DNA of 62,370 nucleotides from an uncultured bacterium (GCA_903822075.1 CAIJNK010000022.1:1-62370), one strand, 5' to 3'; shown: positions 46,546 through 55,180, numbered from the stretch's first letter. Numbers and translations: made by a program. The notes: generated from the letters alone by a model not told the origin.

Positions 46546-47143
46546 TGACAATAATGACTGATATTTTACGTCCCATATATGCCGTCTCTCGTTCCATAAT
46601 TAAGATTTTAGCCAGGACGGTACCGGGCGCACCGGTACTTTTCATACGTTTATCTTCGAGCGGAACCACGTACTCGCGGAGTCTTTTCAAAGCTTCTTCT
46701 AAAGTTGGCACTATTTTTTGCGCTCCGACGACTAAGATTATATTCTTGGCGGTATTGGCCAAAGATGGCAGCTGACTGCCGGTGGCAGAAGCAATGACCA
46801 TCTCCCCTGTTTCCGCCAGAGCATGAACACTACCCAGATAATAATCCGCAAAGTTGGAAAGCTTCCGAAGTTCTGCCTGTTTGGCCGGATCTTTTTCCGC
46901 CAAGACCGCTTCATGCAAATTATTCCAACCATGCTCGCTCGATTTCAGATAATCGACAAAACCGATTTCTTTCAAGGTGATGGACGAGCCATTATTGACT
47001 GAGGCACCAACGGGAATCAGACTTTTTATTTTTTCCAAAGCTTCTTTCTTGCTATTTACTAATTCGGCTAACAAGCCCCGATCCTTAAGTGCCTCTATCG
47101 TTTTTAAAATAACCTCCCGTGGTACAAGTGTTTCATAATTCAT
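46526..47143 (-). CDS. LUD (lactate-utilisation) domain protein
   Basis: GSS.TL.EIG, SV.ALAE.GE, ASA.GSQL, VVGAQKIV..L.EA..R. Confidence 0.8.
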   Translation of the reverse strand: MNYETLVPREVILKTIEALKDRGLLAELVNSKKEALEKIKSLIPVGASVNNGSSITLKEIGFVDYLKSSEHGWNNLHEAVLAEKDPAKQAELRKLSNFADYYLGSVHALAETGEMVIASATGSQLPSLANTAKNIILVVGAQKIVPTLEEALKRLREYVVPLEDKRMKSTGAPGTVLAKILIMERETAYMGRKISVIIVNEKLGF

Positions 47144-47226
47144 AATACTGACAGTATACAGGTTTTAACCTGAAGATGGAATGAAAGTGACAAATTTTAC
47201 CCCCCCCCGCTAACCTCATAAATAGT

Positions 47227-48048
47227 CTACTTATTTTGAAGACCACTAAGGGCGCTGACATCTTCCCGCATGCCTTTTATGACCGGTTCAAGTTGAGAGC
47301 AAAGCTTTTCTGACAAAGCGAACATCGCATCAAGTTCAGATCTCTTACCAATATACTTTGGCATATAAATATAGAGTCGATTTTGATAAAATTCAAAACC
47401 AAGGGTCTTTGCTGTTTCAACCAATTCTTCCATAAAATCGGGAGTAAATATTTCATAGGCTTCCATTTCAAAACCCTTCTCCACCAGAAGCGAGAAATAC
47501 TTGTTAAAATCACCCTCGAGCGTTACAGCCGCGCCACCGGAAAATACCGGGACATCTGAGGAATAAATAAATTCTTTCTTATGAAGCAGAATGTGCGGCA
47601 TATCACCATTGAAAGTATTCTCGAAAACTGTGTAGTGATAAGTTTGGGAATTTTTTCCAGAACCAACCGTGCAGGTATACAGAAATACTCGGACCGGACG
47701 GTCTCCGTCCTTACCGCTAATAATGTCACAAATATTTTGACTATGACCAATACTAAACAATGATCCTTGGACACTGAACATATCACCATCCTTAACATAA
47801 GAATATCCCAGTGATTTGGCAAACTGCTCCAACATATAACCCCTCATCTTATTTGAGATAAAAGCATATACCATAATTAGACAGAACAAAGAGAATATGA
47901 GGAACTGCGGAACACCGGTCTTGACGGTTAAAAACACGCCAACACCGCCGATGACAAAGATGACAAGATAAAGTATCGGGTGCTTGTTAAAATAGTGGAG
48001 TGTTGCACCTCGCACGTCGGTAACCGCATCAGTTTTTATATTATCCAT
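47227..48048 (-). CDS. Membrane protein with soluble C-terminal domain (DUF3137-like)
   Basis: Two N-terminal TMs; LEGDFNKYF, AYEIFTPDFME. Confidence 0.65.
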   Translation of the reverse strand: MDNIKTDAVTDVRGATLHYFNKHPILYLVIFVIGGVGVFLTVKTGVPQFLIFSLFCLIMVYAFISNKMRGYMLEQFAKSLGYSYVKDGDMFSVQGSLFSIGHSQNICDIISGKDGDRPVRVFLYTCTVGSGKNSQTYHYTVFENTFNGDMPHILLHKKEFIYSSDVPVFSGGAAVTLEGDFNKYFSLLVEKGFEMEAYEIFTPDFMEELVETAKTLGFEFYQNRLYIYMPKYIGKRSELDAMFALSEKLCSQLEPVIKGMREDVSALSGLQNK

Positions 48049-48806
48049 TATTTTACTTTCGTCGAATCCCCTTTCAAGGTGGCAAAGGCTTCCTGAACCG
48101 TAGTCATAAACTGAGCGGGGAAAATAATAGTGGAGTTTTTCTCGGTAGCAATCTCGGCCATGGTCTGCAAAGTTCGGAGTTGTAAGGCCACCGGATGCAT
48201 GGAAATAAGATCCGCGGCCTGACCAAGCTTTTCCGCCGCCTGGAACTCACCTTCGGCGGCCACTATCTTGGCTCGGCGCTCACGCTCCGCCTCGGCCTCC
48301 TTGGCCATCGCTCTCTGCATATTATCCGGCAAAACGATATCTTTGATTTCCACCGCGGTCACCTGTGCACCCCAAGGTTCGGTATGTGAATCAATCACGT
48401 CCTTGATTTGAATATTTATATCGCCGGTTTGGGACAAAAGCTGATCGAGAGAAAAACGGCCGACGACATTCCGAACCGTGGTCTGACTGATCTGATTCAC
48501 CGCGTCATGCACGTTTTCGATGGCGATGACCGACTTCTGCGGGTCCACGATATGGTAATAGGCCACAGCGGCGATATCGATAGACACGTTATCTTTGGTA
48601 ATGATTTTCTGTGAGGGAATATTCATCGTGATGGTGCGCAAAGTCACCTTGGTCATCTGCTCAAAAATAGGAATTAAAATAATCAAACCAGGGCCACGGA
48701 CACCAGTGCACTTCCCCAAAAAGAAGATGATCCCCCGATCATATTCCTTGACCACCCGAAGCGAAAGAAAAATCAGGACAAGTACGATCACGATGATGTA
48801 ATACAT
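48048..48806 (-). CDS. Slipin/SPFH (band 7, stomatin-like) protein
   Basis: [33 protein letters not shown]-like, LQLRTLQT. Confidence 0.95.
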   Translation of the reverse strand: MYYIIVIVLVLIFLSLRVVKEYDRGIIFFLGKCTGVRGPGLIILIPIFEQMTKVTLRTITMNIPSQKIITKDNVSIDIAAVAYYHIVDPQKSVIAIENVHDAVNQISQTTVRNVVGRFSLDQLLSQTGDINIQIKDVIDSHTEPWGAQVTAVEIKDIVLPDNMQRAMAKEAEAERERRAKIVAAEGEFQAAEKLGQAADLISMHPVALQLRTLQTMAEIATEKNSTIIFPAQFMTTVQEAFATLKGDSTKVK

Positions 48807-48931
48807 AAAATAATGTTATTAATTGATAATAAGGTTATGATAGCATATTTTTGTTAAAAACCTATGAAAAATTTGGTAATAAAAAGGCGCCTCGTTTCCA
48901 AGACGCCCGTGTTGCCAGTAAACCGAACTTT

Positions 48932-49351
48932 CTATCCCCGGCAATGAAGGTCCGCGCAGGCCTCACGATAAAACTCCGCCCCACAGACTGCCCCCCGAAG
49001 ATCTTTCGAGATAGCAAGCCGGAGATTATACATCTTCCGCCGATTTCCGTCATACAGGTCAAATTCGATACTGACGGAATCTTCGATGCCAGAAGTTACA
49101 TGTGTTTCAACTCTTTGGCAAGTTCTCAAACACAGGCAGAAATCATGCGCACTTGTTCGCTTCTCCAAAACACGCACGATGGGTTCACTAAACGACCTAG
49201 GCCAGGAAAACTGCCCCTCAGGAAGCAGGACTCTCTTGATGACCGCAGTAGGAATATCCCATACTACCCTCCAGAGACCCGGGTTTAAGTTCATTTCCCT
49301 TCTCATCCGTCCACGAACATATGGGTCAAATATGACCGTATGTTTTTTCAT
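48932..49351 (-). CDS. Orphan hypothetical protein
   Basis: TTGACG-N17-TAGACT promoter; GAAAGG SD; terminator about 48881-48911. Confidence 0.6.
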   Translation of the reverse strand: MKKHTVIFDPYVRGRMRREMNLNPGLWRVVWDIPTAVIKRVLLPEGQFSWPRSFSEPIVRVLEKRTSAHDFCLCLRTCQRVETHVTSGIEDSVSIEFDLYDGNRRKMYNLRLAISKDLRGAVCGAEFYREACADLHCRG

Positions 49352-49557
49352 GATTTAACCTTTCTATGAGCTGTGGCGAAACAAAAAATATCGACGAACA
49401 CTCTACTTTGGAGTCTACATCTTTTGAGTATCAACGTCAAGAGTTAAAATTAGTAATATTATATTAATGGCAACGGCTTATTATATATGTAACATATGAA
49501 GATATTTAGTCGAGAGTGTCTTATCATCAAACTTTTATCAACTTATCAAATAAAAAA

Positions 49558-49707
49558 ATGTTAACAACAATTGCCATCGTTTTGATCGTTCTTTGGGCCT
49601 TGGGCGTGGTCACTTCTTTTACGATTGGCGGTTTTATCCATATCCTCCTAGTAATTGCTATCATTATGATTTTAGTTAGATTGATCAGGGGTGAGAAAAT
49701 TTTATAA
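49558..49707 (+). CDS. lmo0937/DUF5670-like small membrane protein
   Basis: MLTTIAIVLIVLWALGVVTSFTIGGFIHILLVIA. Confidence 0.85.
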   Translation: MLTTIAIVLIVLWALGVVTSFTIGGFIHILLVIAIIMILVRLIRGEKIL

Positions 49708-49749
49708 AAGTCGCACTATCTTACTTTATTAAAATAAGGAACAAACAAC

Positions 49750-50004
49750 ATGACAACAATTATTAATAATCCCAGGGAAAGCGGTAGAGACAACAACGGA
49801 AATGCAGAGAGTGGCGGTGCAGGAGTGTTGATGGGAGCAGTGGTGGTGGTTTTAGTATTAGCAGTTGCGATTATCCTAGCCTTACCTTATCTGCGTGAAC
49901 GCATAAATAACGTAACTCAATCCAAAACCCCAGTCATTAACAACCCCACAATAAATGTGCAGCTGCCAAGCATTCCCGGACCAGCCACAACAACGGTTAA
50001 ATAG
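49750..50004 (+). CDS. Small single-TM protein
   Basis: TM GVLMGAVVVVLVLAVAIILALPY; AAGGA upstream. Confidence 0.65.
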   Translation: MTTIINNPRESGRDNNGNAESGGAGVLMGAVVVVLVLAVAIILALPYLRERINNVTQSKTPVINNPTINVQLPSIPGPATTTVK

Positions 50005-50566
50005 TTTTACGAGGAAGAAGCATGAGCATGGCCGCCTTATATTTTGGTTTTATTATCCCTTTTCCCCTTGGAGAAAGTTTTTTGTATGACCGCTCCAGCT
50101 TCTCTTTGACAAAATCAATGGCTTTGTCCGTATCAAGTTTTCTAGCCACCAATGCCAAGTAAAATAAACCGCCTAATTCATTAAAGTGGGACATGGCGTC
50201 CGCATCCGCCAAACACTTCTGTTCATTTGTCTTTTTAGGAACTTTGACACTTCCCCGGTGAGCCAAAATGGCACCCTGGACTTGCTTGATTTTATTTTCC
50301 GGATATTTTAATTCTTTTAAAAATTTCCCGGCATAGTCTGCACCGGAAACATGATGATTCTTGTAGTCCCCCAAGATGCTCCCCACGTCATGAAGCCAGG
50401 CGGCAGTTTCCATTATTTCCTCATCGGCTCCGTACTTTTTTGCCAACAATTTCGCATAGTAAACCACACTCACGAAATGATGGTCATAGGCGTTCATGCC
50501 AAAAATATTATTGTCTTTTAAGCAAAGTTCCCTGATATGATCTCTGGCCTTCTCGGCGATCTTCAT
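49997..50566 (-). CDS. HD domain protein
   Basis: HH..V, AAWLHDVG, H, DAD motifs; TGCTATACT 6 nt before ATG. Confidence 0.9.
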   Translation of the reverse strand: MKIAEKARDHIRELCLKDNNIFGMNAYDHHFVSVVYYAKLLAKKYGADEEIMETAAWLHDVGSILGDYKNHHVSGADYAGKFLKELKYPENKIKQVQGAILAHRGSVKVPKKTNEQKCLADADAMSHFNELGGLFYLALVARKLDTDKAIDFVKEKLERSYKKLSPRGKGIIKPKYKAAMLMLLPRKTI

Positions 50567-50592
50567 GTAAAAAGTATAGCAGAAAGGCAAAT

Positions 50593-50754
50593 CTAACTCA
50601 ACTTAAACCCAACCCAAATACCCAAGAATCCCCCAAGGGTAGAAAAAATGAGTGAAGAAAAAGAAAGCTCTCCGGCGCCCCACAACATCGGCACAAAACT
50701 GCCGAGAAACAAACCGACCGTCATCACCATCCAAATAAGTTTTTTTGATTCCAT
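50593..50754 (-). CDS. Small 53-aa two-TM protein (not in ORF track)
   Basis: MESKKLIWMVMTVGLFLGSFVPMLWGAGELSFSSLIFSTLGGFLGIWVGFKLS*. Confidence 0.7.
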   Translation of the reverse strand: MESKKLIWMVMTVGLFLGSFVPMLWGAGELSFSSLIFSTLGGFLGIWVGFKLS

Positions 50755-50762
50755 AGTTTTAA

Positions 50763-50936
50763 CTAGAAACCCATCAATCTTACCTTTATATACAAAGTTA
50801 GCATACCAATTACGAAACCCGCAACAAAAATGAGAGTACTGTTAAATTTAACACCACCCTTAATAAAATAGGTAACGACCAACACGATTGCTAAAGCAAC
50901 AGCGACGCCAATAAAAAATATAGTGAGTGATTTCAT
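50763..50936 (-). CDS. Small 57-aa two-TM protein (not in ORF track)
   Basis: MKSLTIFFIGVAVALAIVLVVTYFIKGGVKFNSTLIFVAGFVIGMLTLYIKVRLMGF*; TGATACAAT 6 nt before ATG. Confidence 0.7.
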   Translation of the reverse strand: MKSLTIFFIGVAVALAIVLVVTYFIKGGVKFNSTLIFVAGFVIGMLTLYIKVRLMGF

Positions 50937-50976
50937 ACGGCAATTGTATCAGATATTAAATTAAATAGATATTAAG

Positions 50977-51162
50977 GGGTGGCTACCGGGCAGTTTCCCT
51001 CGGCTAAAATTTTTTCGCCAAAAAATTTTCCCTGGGCACCGGCTCACCTATTTTTTCTGCTGAAAAAATTTGGCTCCGCCGTTCACCTCCCGGACGCAAG
51101 CAAAATCATTTGCTTGCTTAGCCACCCAAACAAAAAGACGCTCAGATGAGCGCTTTTTATTT
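50977..51162 (-). repeat. Non-coding element downstream of tRNA-His (split antisense copy plus direct copy of the tRNA 3' end, C(AGCA)G hairpin)
   Basis: 50977-50990 equals 51163-51176; 51081-51093 plus 51119-51130 reproduce the tRNA T-arm and acceptor in inverted orientation; hairpin 51050-51069. Confidence 0.75.
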
Positions 51163-51163
51163 G

Positions 51164-51235
51164 GGTGGCTACCGGGAGTTGAACCCGGACAGAGAGCTCC
51201 ACAAGCTCGCGTGCTACCGCTACACCATAGCCACC
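51164..51235 (-). tRNA. tRNA-His(GTG)
   Basis: G-1, acceptor GTGGCTA/TAGCCAC, C73, anticodon loop TT-GTG-GA, GTTCAAC T-loop. Confidence 0.93.
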
Positions 51236-51244
51236 ATTTCGCTC

Positions 51245-51835
51245 CTATTTATAGCTAGGAGACTGCTCATTTATACCACTTTTATAGGCAGAAAGTCTAG
51301 CGAGAGCAAAAAGTAAACTGGATAGACGATTGAGATACGCAAAAGAATTGGCCGAAATTTTAGGAAAGCCCTTGTCCCGCGAAGCTTCTGCGGAGTGGGA
51401 TTCTTCCGAAACCGCCACCACTCGCCTCTCCGCTTGACGCACCAAAGTCCGGGCAAAGTCCAGTTCAGCCGATTCGATGGAAGCGCCGGGGATGGTAAAA
51501 GTGGTAATTGGTGGAATTTCTTTTTCAATGCCGGCAATCAAGTCCTCCACTTCCCGTATTTTTTCTTCACCGACTACTTTCTTTGCTCCGGCCACCTCGG
51601 CCTGGATGATAAAAATATTTTCCTGCATTTCCTGAATTATATCCGCCGCCCTTTCCGGACCGACTGAAAACAAAGTAAAATTTCTTTCCGCCAATTTAGC
51701 TTTGACGATACCTAAAAAGGAGTTTGTTTCGTCCAAAGAACCCAAAGCTTCCGCAATGGCTGAGCTTTTGGAAAAACGCTGATCACAATCATAAGCGCCG
51801 GTTTTTCCATCATCTCCTTTTCTGGTGTATAGCAT
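51245..51835 (-). CDS. PduO-type cob(I)alamin adenosyltransferase
   Basis: LYTRKGDDGKT, GSLDE.NS.LG, R..VR.AERR, YLNRLS..LF.LAR. Confidence 0.9.
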   Translation of the reverse strand: MLYTRKGDDGKTGAYDCDQRFSKSSAIAEALGSLDETNSFLGIVKAKLAERNFTLFSVGPERAADIIQEMQENIFIIQAEVAGAKKVVGEEKIREVEDLIAGIEKEIPPITTFTIPGASIESAELDFARTLVRQAERRVVAVSEESHSAEASRDKGFPKISANSFAYLNRLSSLLFALARLSAYKSGINEQSPSYK

Positions 51836-51944
51836 TCTTACATCATAACATTTTCTTTTTACATATAAAATTATGCCAAATAAAAAAGCACCCTCAGCCG
51901 AAGCATTGGGTGCCCATAGTACTATAGATTCTCCAGTTCCGCCC

Positions 51945-52739
51945 TTACTCGATGATGAAACCGCGACTAGCCAAGATATTGTGCAGAGCTGACGGATCCG
52001 TCTTCGGAACAACGTGGGTCATCGTTGCCCAAGTTGCTGGCAGATTGTATTTTCCACCAAACGCGACGTCATCGGCCTTCAACTCTGCCGCCAATTCATC
52101 CGTTGCCCGACCAGTGCCGGTAATGAGAACGGTCACCCAACCCTGCTTGATGGACATAATGATCTCGTCCTTCGTCACAACGCCACCATTCCAGGAAATC
52201 AAGCCGAGTGACTTGAACCCTCCACAGTCGCGCCACTGATTCATGAGGGCGGCATACGTTTTGACATCGCCATCCCAGTCTAGACTACCGTCCGCCCCGT
52301 TTTGAACGACGAGGATCCCCAACATGCTGGGATTTGGAAAGGTTCCGTACTGATCCAGGACCAGACGAGACTCTTGCTGCAGAGTCATCATTTCCACCCG
52401 TGGCACCGTGCCAAGAGCGACGCAACCCTGATTCTCCGCCGCGATAATCCCGGGCACATCGGTCACCATGGGATCAATTGCTCCAGCTTTGGTGGTCTGC
52501 CGCGTGGCTCCTGACCAGACAAGCCCCACATATCCCCGAAATGCTTCCTTGAAAAAGGCCATCATCTGCGCCTTGTCGTCAGGACCCATTCCTTTGCATC
52601 CGCCCGCCAGGCGAATTGCAACCTTTTCATGGGCTGTCGTTCCCAACAGCGCAAAGGCTGAAGGCAACCCCTCTTTTGCATCCATAACCAACAACCTGAC
52701 TTTACCGCCGGGGGCGGTCACGCTATACGGACTGTTCAT
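51945..52739 (-). CDS. SLOG superfamily (LSDAT/TRPM N-terminal-like) protein B
   Basis: RLAGGC, WSGAT, LGTVP, VVQ..W..D, WNGG, LITGTGRATDELA. Confidence 0.7.
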   Translation of the reverse strand: MNSPYSVTAPGGKVRLLVMDAKEGLPSAFALLGTTAHEKVAIRLAGGCKGMGPDDKAQMMAFFKEAFRGYVGLVWSGATRQTTKAGAIDPMVTDVPGIIAAENQGCVALGTVPRVEMMTLQQESRLVLDQYGTFPNPSMLGILVVQNGADGSLDWDGDVKTYAALMNQWRDCGGFKSLGLISWNGGVVTKDEIIMSIKQGWVTVLITGTGRATDELAAELKADDVAFGGKYNLPATWATMTHVVPKTDPSALHNILASRGFIIE

Positions 52740-52740
52740 C

Positions 52741-53553
52741 TCATGCTCCTTGTGCAAGGGCAAACTTAAAAGTATTTCGGTGCCCTTCCGCCGAAACACC
52801 CCACACCCCAAGCTTTGCGAGCACACCCCGCAAAGACTCGGATGTTTTTTCTGCAACAAGCACATTTGGGTGCTCGTTTAAGAAATCATTATCTTCAGCC
52901 AGCTCTCCCGTAACCCTCCCGCTTCCGCTAACCAAGACGACCGGCCAACCACGCTCGGCGGTTTCCAGAATTTCTTTCTTGGTAACCGAACCACCGTTGT
53001 AAGAAATGAGCACGGATTGCCAATTGGCATAATCGCGCAAATTCTTGACGATATCCAAACAAACACGGTACTCTGCTTCCCACTCAACTCCGGTATCAAC
53101 GGACTGCTGAACAAGCAAACAGGCTTCTTGGTTGGGATGGATAATAGAGTCATAGGCGGCCCCGGACTCACCGGAAACCACCATACCCAAACCAGGAACC
53201 AATTTGAGCTCCGAAGTTCTGGGAACAACTCCCAAAATCACCGCGTCCGGCGCTCTAATTTTGATTCTTGTCGGTATCTCGGTTACAGATGGGAGTATCT
53301 TACCCCCTTCTTTAGAAATCATTCTGGTTCCGCCAAAAAGTATTCCGCCGTCAAAGCCTTTCAAGGCCTCGGCAAAAAGATCATACATACCGTCGGCGTC
53401 AGCCGCAGACATATTTCCACATCCACCGGTTATCCTTACAACAACCCGTGATGGTGCGCTCGTTAAACGCAGAGCGAACCTGATTGAACTTTCCCCCTTA
53501 TTTTGCATATATAAGGAGGGTATCACACGACCGTCATGATTCTGGTCATTCAT
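52741..53553 (-). CDS. SLOG superfamily (LSDAT/TRPM N-terminal-like) protein A
   Basis: RITGGC, FGGT, LGVVP, LLVQ..W..E, YNGG, GWPVVLVSGSGRVTGELA. Confidence 0.75.
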   Translation of the reverse strand: MNDQNHDGRVIPSLYMQNKGESSIRFALRLTSAPSRVVVRITGGCGNMSAADADGMYDLFAEALKGFDGGILFGGTRMISKEGGKILPSVTEIPTRIKIRAPDAVILGVVPRTSELKLVPGLGMVVSGESGAAYDSIIHPNQEACLLVQQSVDTGVEWEAEYRVCLDIVKNLRDYANWQSVLISYNGGSVTKKEILETAERGWPVVLVSGSGRVTGELAEDNDFLNEHPNVLVAEKTSESLRGVLAKLGVWGVSAEGHRNTFKFALAQGA

Positions 53554-53673
53554 ACTTCCTCCCTTCTATCTTGCAAAAGATAAAGATGGTGAATAGACAA
53601 AATTAACTTCAAAGAACCCACTGTCTAAAACAGTATCACATTAAACAAATAAAGTCAAATACTATTTCTTATG

Positions 53674-53757
53674 TGCCTGGGAGAGGACTTGAACCTCCAT
53701 GCCCGTAAGGGCGCTACCACCTCAAGGTAGTACGTCTACCAATTTCGCCACCCAGGC
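53674..53757 (-). tRNA. tRNA-Leu(GAG)
   Basis: GCCTGGG/CCCAGGC acceptor, CTACC-TT-GAG-GT-GGTAG, long variable arm, GTTCAAG. Confidence 0.95.
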
Positions 53758-53800
53758 GTTTGAGAATCAAATATAGCCTAAAATCAGGAAAAACTCAATC

Positions 53801-53831
53801 AAAAGCCCCGGCGTCAGACGCCGGGGCTTTT
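53801..53831. terminator. Bidirectional terminator after rplS
   Basis: aaaagccccggcgtc-a-gacgccggggctttt. Confidence 0.88.
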
Positions 53832-53850
53832 GTAATTTGTTTTATCTAAT

Positions 53851-54240
53851 TTATTTTGTCTCAACCGGAGCTTCTACTGTTTCCACTACTTCCTTGGCGT
53901 TGATGATATTCTTCATCTTACGGCGGATTTCCTTGGCGGCCTTATCACGAATATTATAAAGCTTGGCGCGACGAGTCTTTGAACTTCTGACTATTTCTAT
54001 CTTATCAATATTAGGCGAGTAAAAAGGAAAAATTCTCTCCACTCCTACCCCGTCAATCACCTTACGAACAGTAAAAGTACCGCCAGCCTCGTTACCGTGC
54101 TTGCGACCAATTATCATCCCTTCGAAAATCTGAATTCGGCTTTTGTCTCCTTCGGTAATCTTCTGGTGAACACGGACAGTATCACCGGCTTTGATAGCCA
54201 GTTTCTTTCGCTCTTCAATGTTTACTGATGAAATTTTCAT
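53851..54240 (-). CDS. rplS: 50S ribosomal protein L19
   Basis: [39 protein letters not shown]. Confidence 0.97.
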   Translation of the reverse strand: MKISSVNIEERKKLAIKAGDTVRVHQKITEGDKSRIQIFEGMIIGRKHGNEAGGTFTVRKVIDGVGVERIFPFYSPNIDKIEIVRSSKTRRAKLYNIRDKAAKEIRRKMKNIINAKEVVETVEAPVETK

Positions 54241-54276
54241 TCCCGTAATCTAGCACAGTTAAGCGTTTTCCGCAAA

Positions 54277-54990
54277 TTATTTAAAGAAATCCACCGCCGC
54301 CTGGAAATCCACCGGATAAGGGGCAATTATCTTTATTAACTTACCTTCCGGTAATTCAAATTCGATAGAGTAAGCGTGCAGGGCCAGACGGGAAATATTC
54401 ACCGGAGACTTCTTGGCTACGCCATATAACCTGTCCCCAATAATCCCATGTCCTAAATCCGCAAAATGCACCCGAAGCTGATGTGTTCGTCCGGTCCGCG
54501 GGTTAGCCTCGATCAAAGAAATTTTTCCCTTCCGAGCCAAAGTTTTATAATGAGTCACGGCTTCTTTTTCTTCACCACGCACTGCCTTACCGGTGGCCTT
54601 TTTTCGAAAATCACTTTTATTGCGACCGATGGCCAGATTAATAATCCCTTCATCGTACCGCACGTCACCATACACCACCGCATGATAAGTTTTTTCTATC
54701 TCCCGATCCAAAAACTGCTTTTTTAAAAAGTCATAAGCTTTCTGATTCTTAGCCACCAAAACCACGCCGGAAGTTTCCCGGTCAATCCGATGCACTATTC
54801 CCCACCTTTTGATAATTTCCCCGGTGCCTATTTCCAAAGGTTCACCCACCTTCTCCGTGTCGGGATATTTTTCCTTAAGCCAATCCGTCAAAGCCGGCTC
54901 TTGGGTCCGCCCATCGGTATGTATCACAAGACCGCTCGGTTTATTCACCGCCAATAGATTACTGTCTTCATATAGAATCGGGATATCCAT
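54277..54990 (-). CDS. RluA/RluD family pseudouridine synthase
   Basis: VNKPSGL, HRIDRETSG, TGRTHQLRVH, IIGD.LYG, LHAY. Confidence 0.95.
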   Translation of the reverse strand: MDIPILYEDSNLLAVNKPSGLVIHTDGRTQEPALTDWLKEKYPDTEKVGEPLEIGTGEIIKRWGIVHRIDRETSGVVLVAKNQKAYDFLKKQFLDREIEKTYHAVVYGDVRYDEGIINLAIGRNKSDFRKKATGKAVRGEEKEAVTHYKTLARKGKISLIEANPRTGRTHQLRVHFADLGHGIIGDRLYGVAKKSPVNISRLALHAYSIEFELPEGKLIKIIAPYPVDFQAAVDFFK

Positions 54991-55001
54991 AATTTTATTC
55001 G

Positions 55002-55074
55002 TGGGCGATACAGGACTCGAACCTGTGACATCTTCAGTGTAAATGAAGCGCTCTACCAACTGAGCTAATCGCCC
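55002..55074 (-). tRNA. tRNA-Val(TAC)
   Basis: GGGCGAT/ATCGCCC, CTTCA-TT-TAC-AC-TGAAG, GTTCGAG. Confidence 0.96.
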
Positions 55075-55078
55075 ATTG

Positions 55079-55150
55079 TGCCCTCGGTAGGAATCGAACC
55101 TACATCAAAACCTTAGAAGAGTTCTGTTCTATCCATTGAACTACGAGGGC
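55079..55150 (-). tRNA. tRNA-Arg(TCT)
   Basis: GCCCTCG/CGAGGGC, GAACT-CT-TCT-AA-GGTTT, GTTCGAT; 4-nt spacer to tRNA-Val. Confidence 0.95.
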
Positions 55151-55180
55151 ATAGGTCTAGGCTAAGAGAATATAACAGTT

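Noticed and set aside
49521-49549. Three TTATCA repeats upstream of the lmo0937-like gene
   Set aside because: Irregular spacing in AT-rich DNA and not DnaA boxes; insufficient support for an operator.
51840-51945. attR copy of the tRNA-Leu 3' end bounding the SLOG pair
   Set aside because: No match to gtgcctgggagagg was found downstream; tRNA-Leu adjacency alone does not prove integration.
51836-52012. Extended N-terminus of the adenosyltransferase ORF
   Set aside because: Overlaps SLOG-B and its terminator; homology and a -10 box support the start at 51835.
54991-55059. Extended N-terminus of the RluA ORF
   Set aside because: Lies inside tRNA-Val.
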